DNA of 64,000 nt from Marsupella aquatica (lineage: Eukaryota; Plantae; Marchantiophyta), in NCBI GenBank assembly GCA_973895155.1, contig OZ316895.1, positions 6,440,136-6,504,135 of the forward strand, written 5' to 3'. A program made the position numbers and the translations under genes. Below are positions 62,659 through 64,000 of this stretch, piece after piece. Within the stretch, counting starts at the first letter, position 1. The number at the start of each line of letters is the position of its first letter. The notes under the pieces are model-generated. The model was given only the letters and a program-made list of their open reading frames with translations, did no database searches and was not told where the DNA came from.

Positions 62659-64000
62659 GGGTTTGGATACTTCTCTTCTCACATTACTACTGTAATCGTT
62701 CCCTGTTTGAATATAGACAAATGCTTGAGGGAGTGTCTGAAACACTTGTTTCAGTCCATCAAGTGCTTGTATTAGAAGAAATTTGAAAGCAATTTCGAAG
62801 TTGGCAAACAACTGATTTGAATTGTAAGAAACTTTTCTTTCTTTCTCTCATCTCCCTCTGTATCTCTTTTTCTGGTTTTGGGGTACATAGATAAGATCAT
62901 TAGCTGGCCTTGCAGTGGCTTGTCTTGCCTTCTATGTATTTACTTGTAGAGTAAATCGGATCCATATCATCAAGGAGAGGAATTAACTCTTTGACTAGCA
63001 CAGCCACTTGCGAGTCTTGTAGTGCTATTTTGCGATCTCCTGGACTGACAGCTCCATTGGACATTGAGAAGTAGCATGACTTGGCTACAAAGATGGCTAT
63101 TCTTAAGTTATCACATGTCACACTGTCAAGGCACAGAAAAGACCAAACTGGGAGATAGGATCCCAAAAGGAAAGAGACATAATAAAAGGAATATACAAAC
63201 TTTTTACAGAAAAGTGTCAAACAGAGTACAAAAGAATAAACAAAAGAGGTCCCAAGTGAACAAAACCAAAAGAAAAAAAAGTAAGTAAAGGAAACCCCTA
63301 AAAATCAAGAAAAAAAACTAAAATTATTGCAAATAAACGGAAGTCCTCGTCATTCCTAATAAATGTGACAAAAAACTAATGACCCACATCAAGCGTCAAA
63401 ATTACAAGGGGCAACAAGGAAACTACAGGAAGGCCAAGGAGCCAAAAAGGTAGAATAGTGACATTGGGTTGAGTCCTTTTCGTTCCGTAGTACGGTATAA
63501 AAGCTGAACAAACGAGGATGGCTCTCAAAACGGATGAAGATAAATATAATGCGTCTTGGCAGGCATCCAGGCTCGTTATCACATGCGCAATATCTCGTCG
63601 TAACTACTAATTTACGTACTTGTAGGGAAAGATGCAGCAACAAATATTGTTCTTTGTGGCTACGAGACAGCATCAACATAGATCAGAAGTTGGAACCAAC
63701 AGCGACGGTAAATGTGTATCTATAGCAACCCAGAACCCAGGTCCGAAGCATAGCTGCATTGGATGTCCTCCGATAATTGAGATCCGCTTCTCTTCAGTTA
63801 ATGCACAAGGTCATTGACACTCTCAGCAATTATGTCAGTTGGATAGGATGTCTACAACTCGGACCCCATAAGGGCCTCAGCCAATTGGTGGGTTTTAGAT
63901 ATTACATAAATATGCCCAAAACTTTGTGGTCATGTTATTGTCTTAATGTATGTCTACTCTGACCTTTAGTCGTCACTCAGGACGACATTTTGTCTCTTTT

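Overview
This is eukaryotic nuclear DNA from a non-seed land plant, most likely a bryophyte; that call is inferred from a moss-type PLS-PPR fragment and the gene and TE content. Host genes are an intronless vacuolar sorting receptor (8659-10551, +), a multi-exon plastid glucose-6-phosphate isomerase (14125-19737, -), a sphingolipid delta-4 desaturase (45330-47165, +) and an HSP20/alpha-crystallin-domain gene (~48.8-50.1 kb, +). A PPR pseudogene fragment and two orphan coding regions are also present. The mobile DNA is the most interesting part. (1) A ~3.6-kb Crypton-like element (3960-7581) has a five-exon DUF3504-type tyrosine recombinase gene, terminal inverted repeats, a 6-bp terminal direct repeat, helically phased subterminal motifs and a loxP/dif-like palindrome at its right end. 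(2) A four-layer TE nest spans 24-39.9 kb: old Copia end > 8-bp-TSD MITE > young Copia with TSD/PBS/PPT > CACTA. (3) That CACTA carries a SET-domain (lysine methyltransferase-like) exon, apparently an alternative splice partner of the transposase's first coding exon, plus a divergent TnpA-like gene and clusters of TTGCGAA motifs. This could be a transposon-encoded chromatin-modifying or anti-silencing system. Pogo-like and foldback MITEs are also present. All calls come from reading the sequence by eye; no database searches were run.
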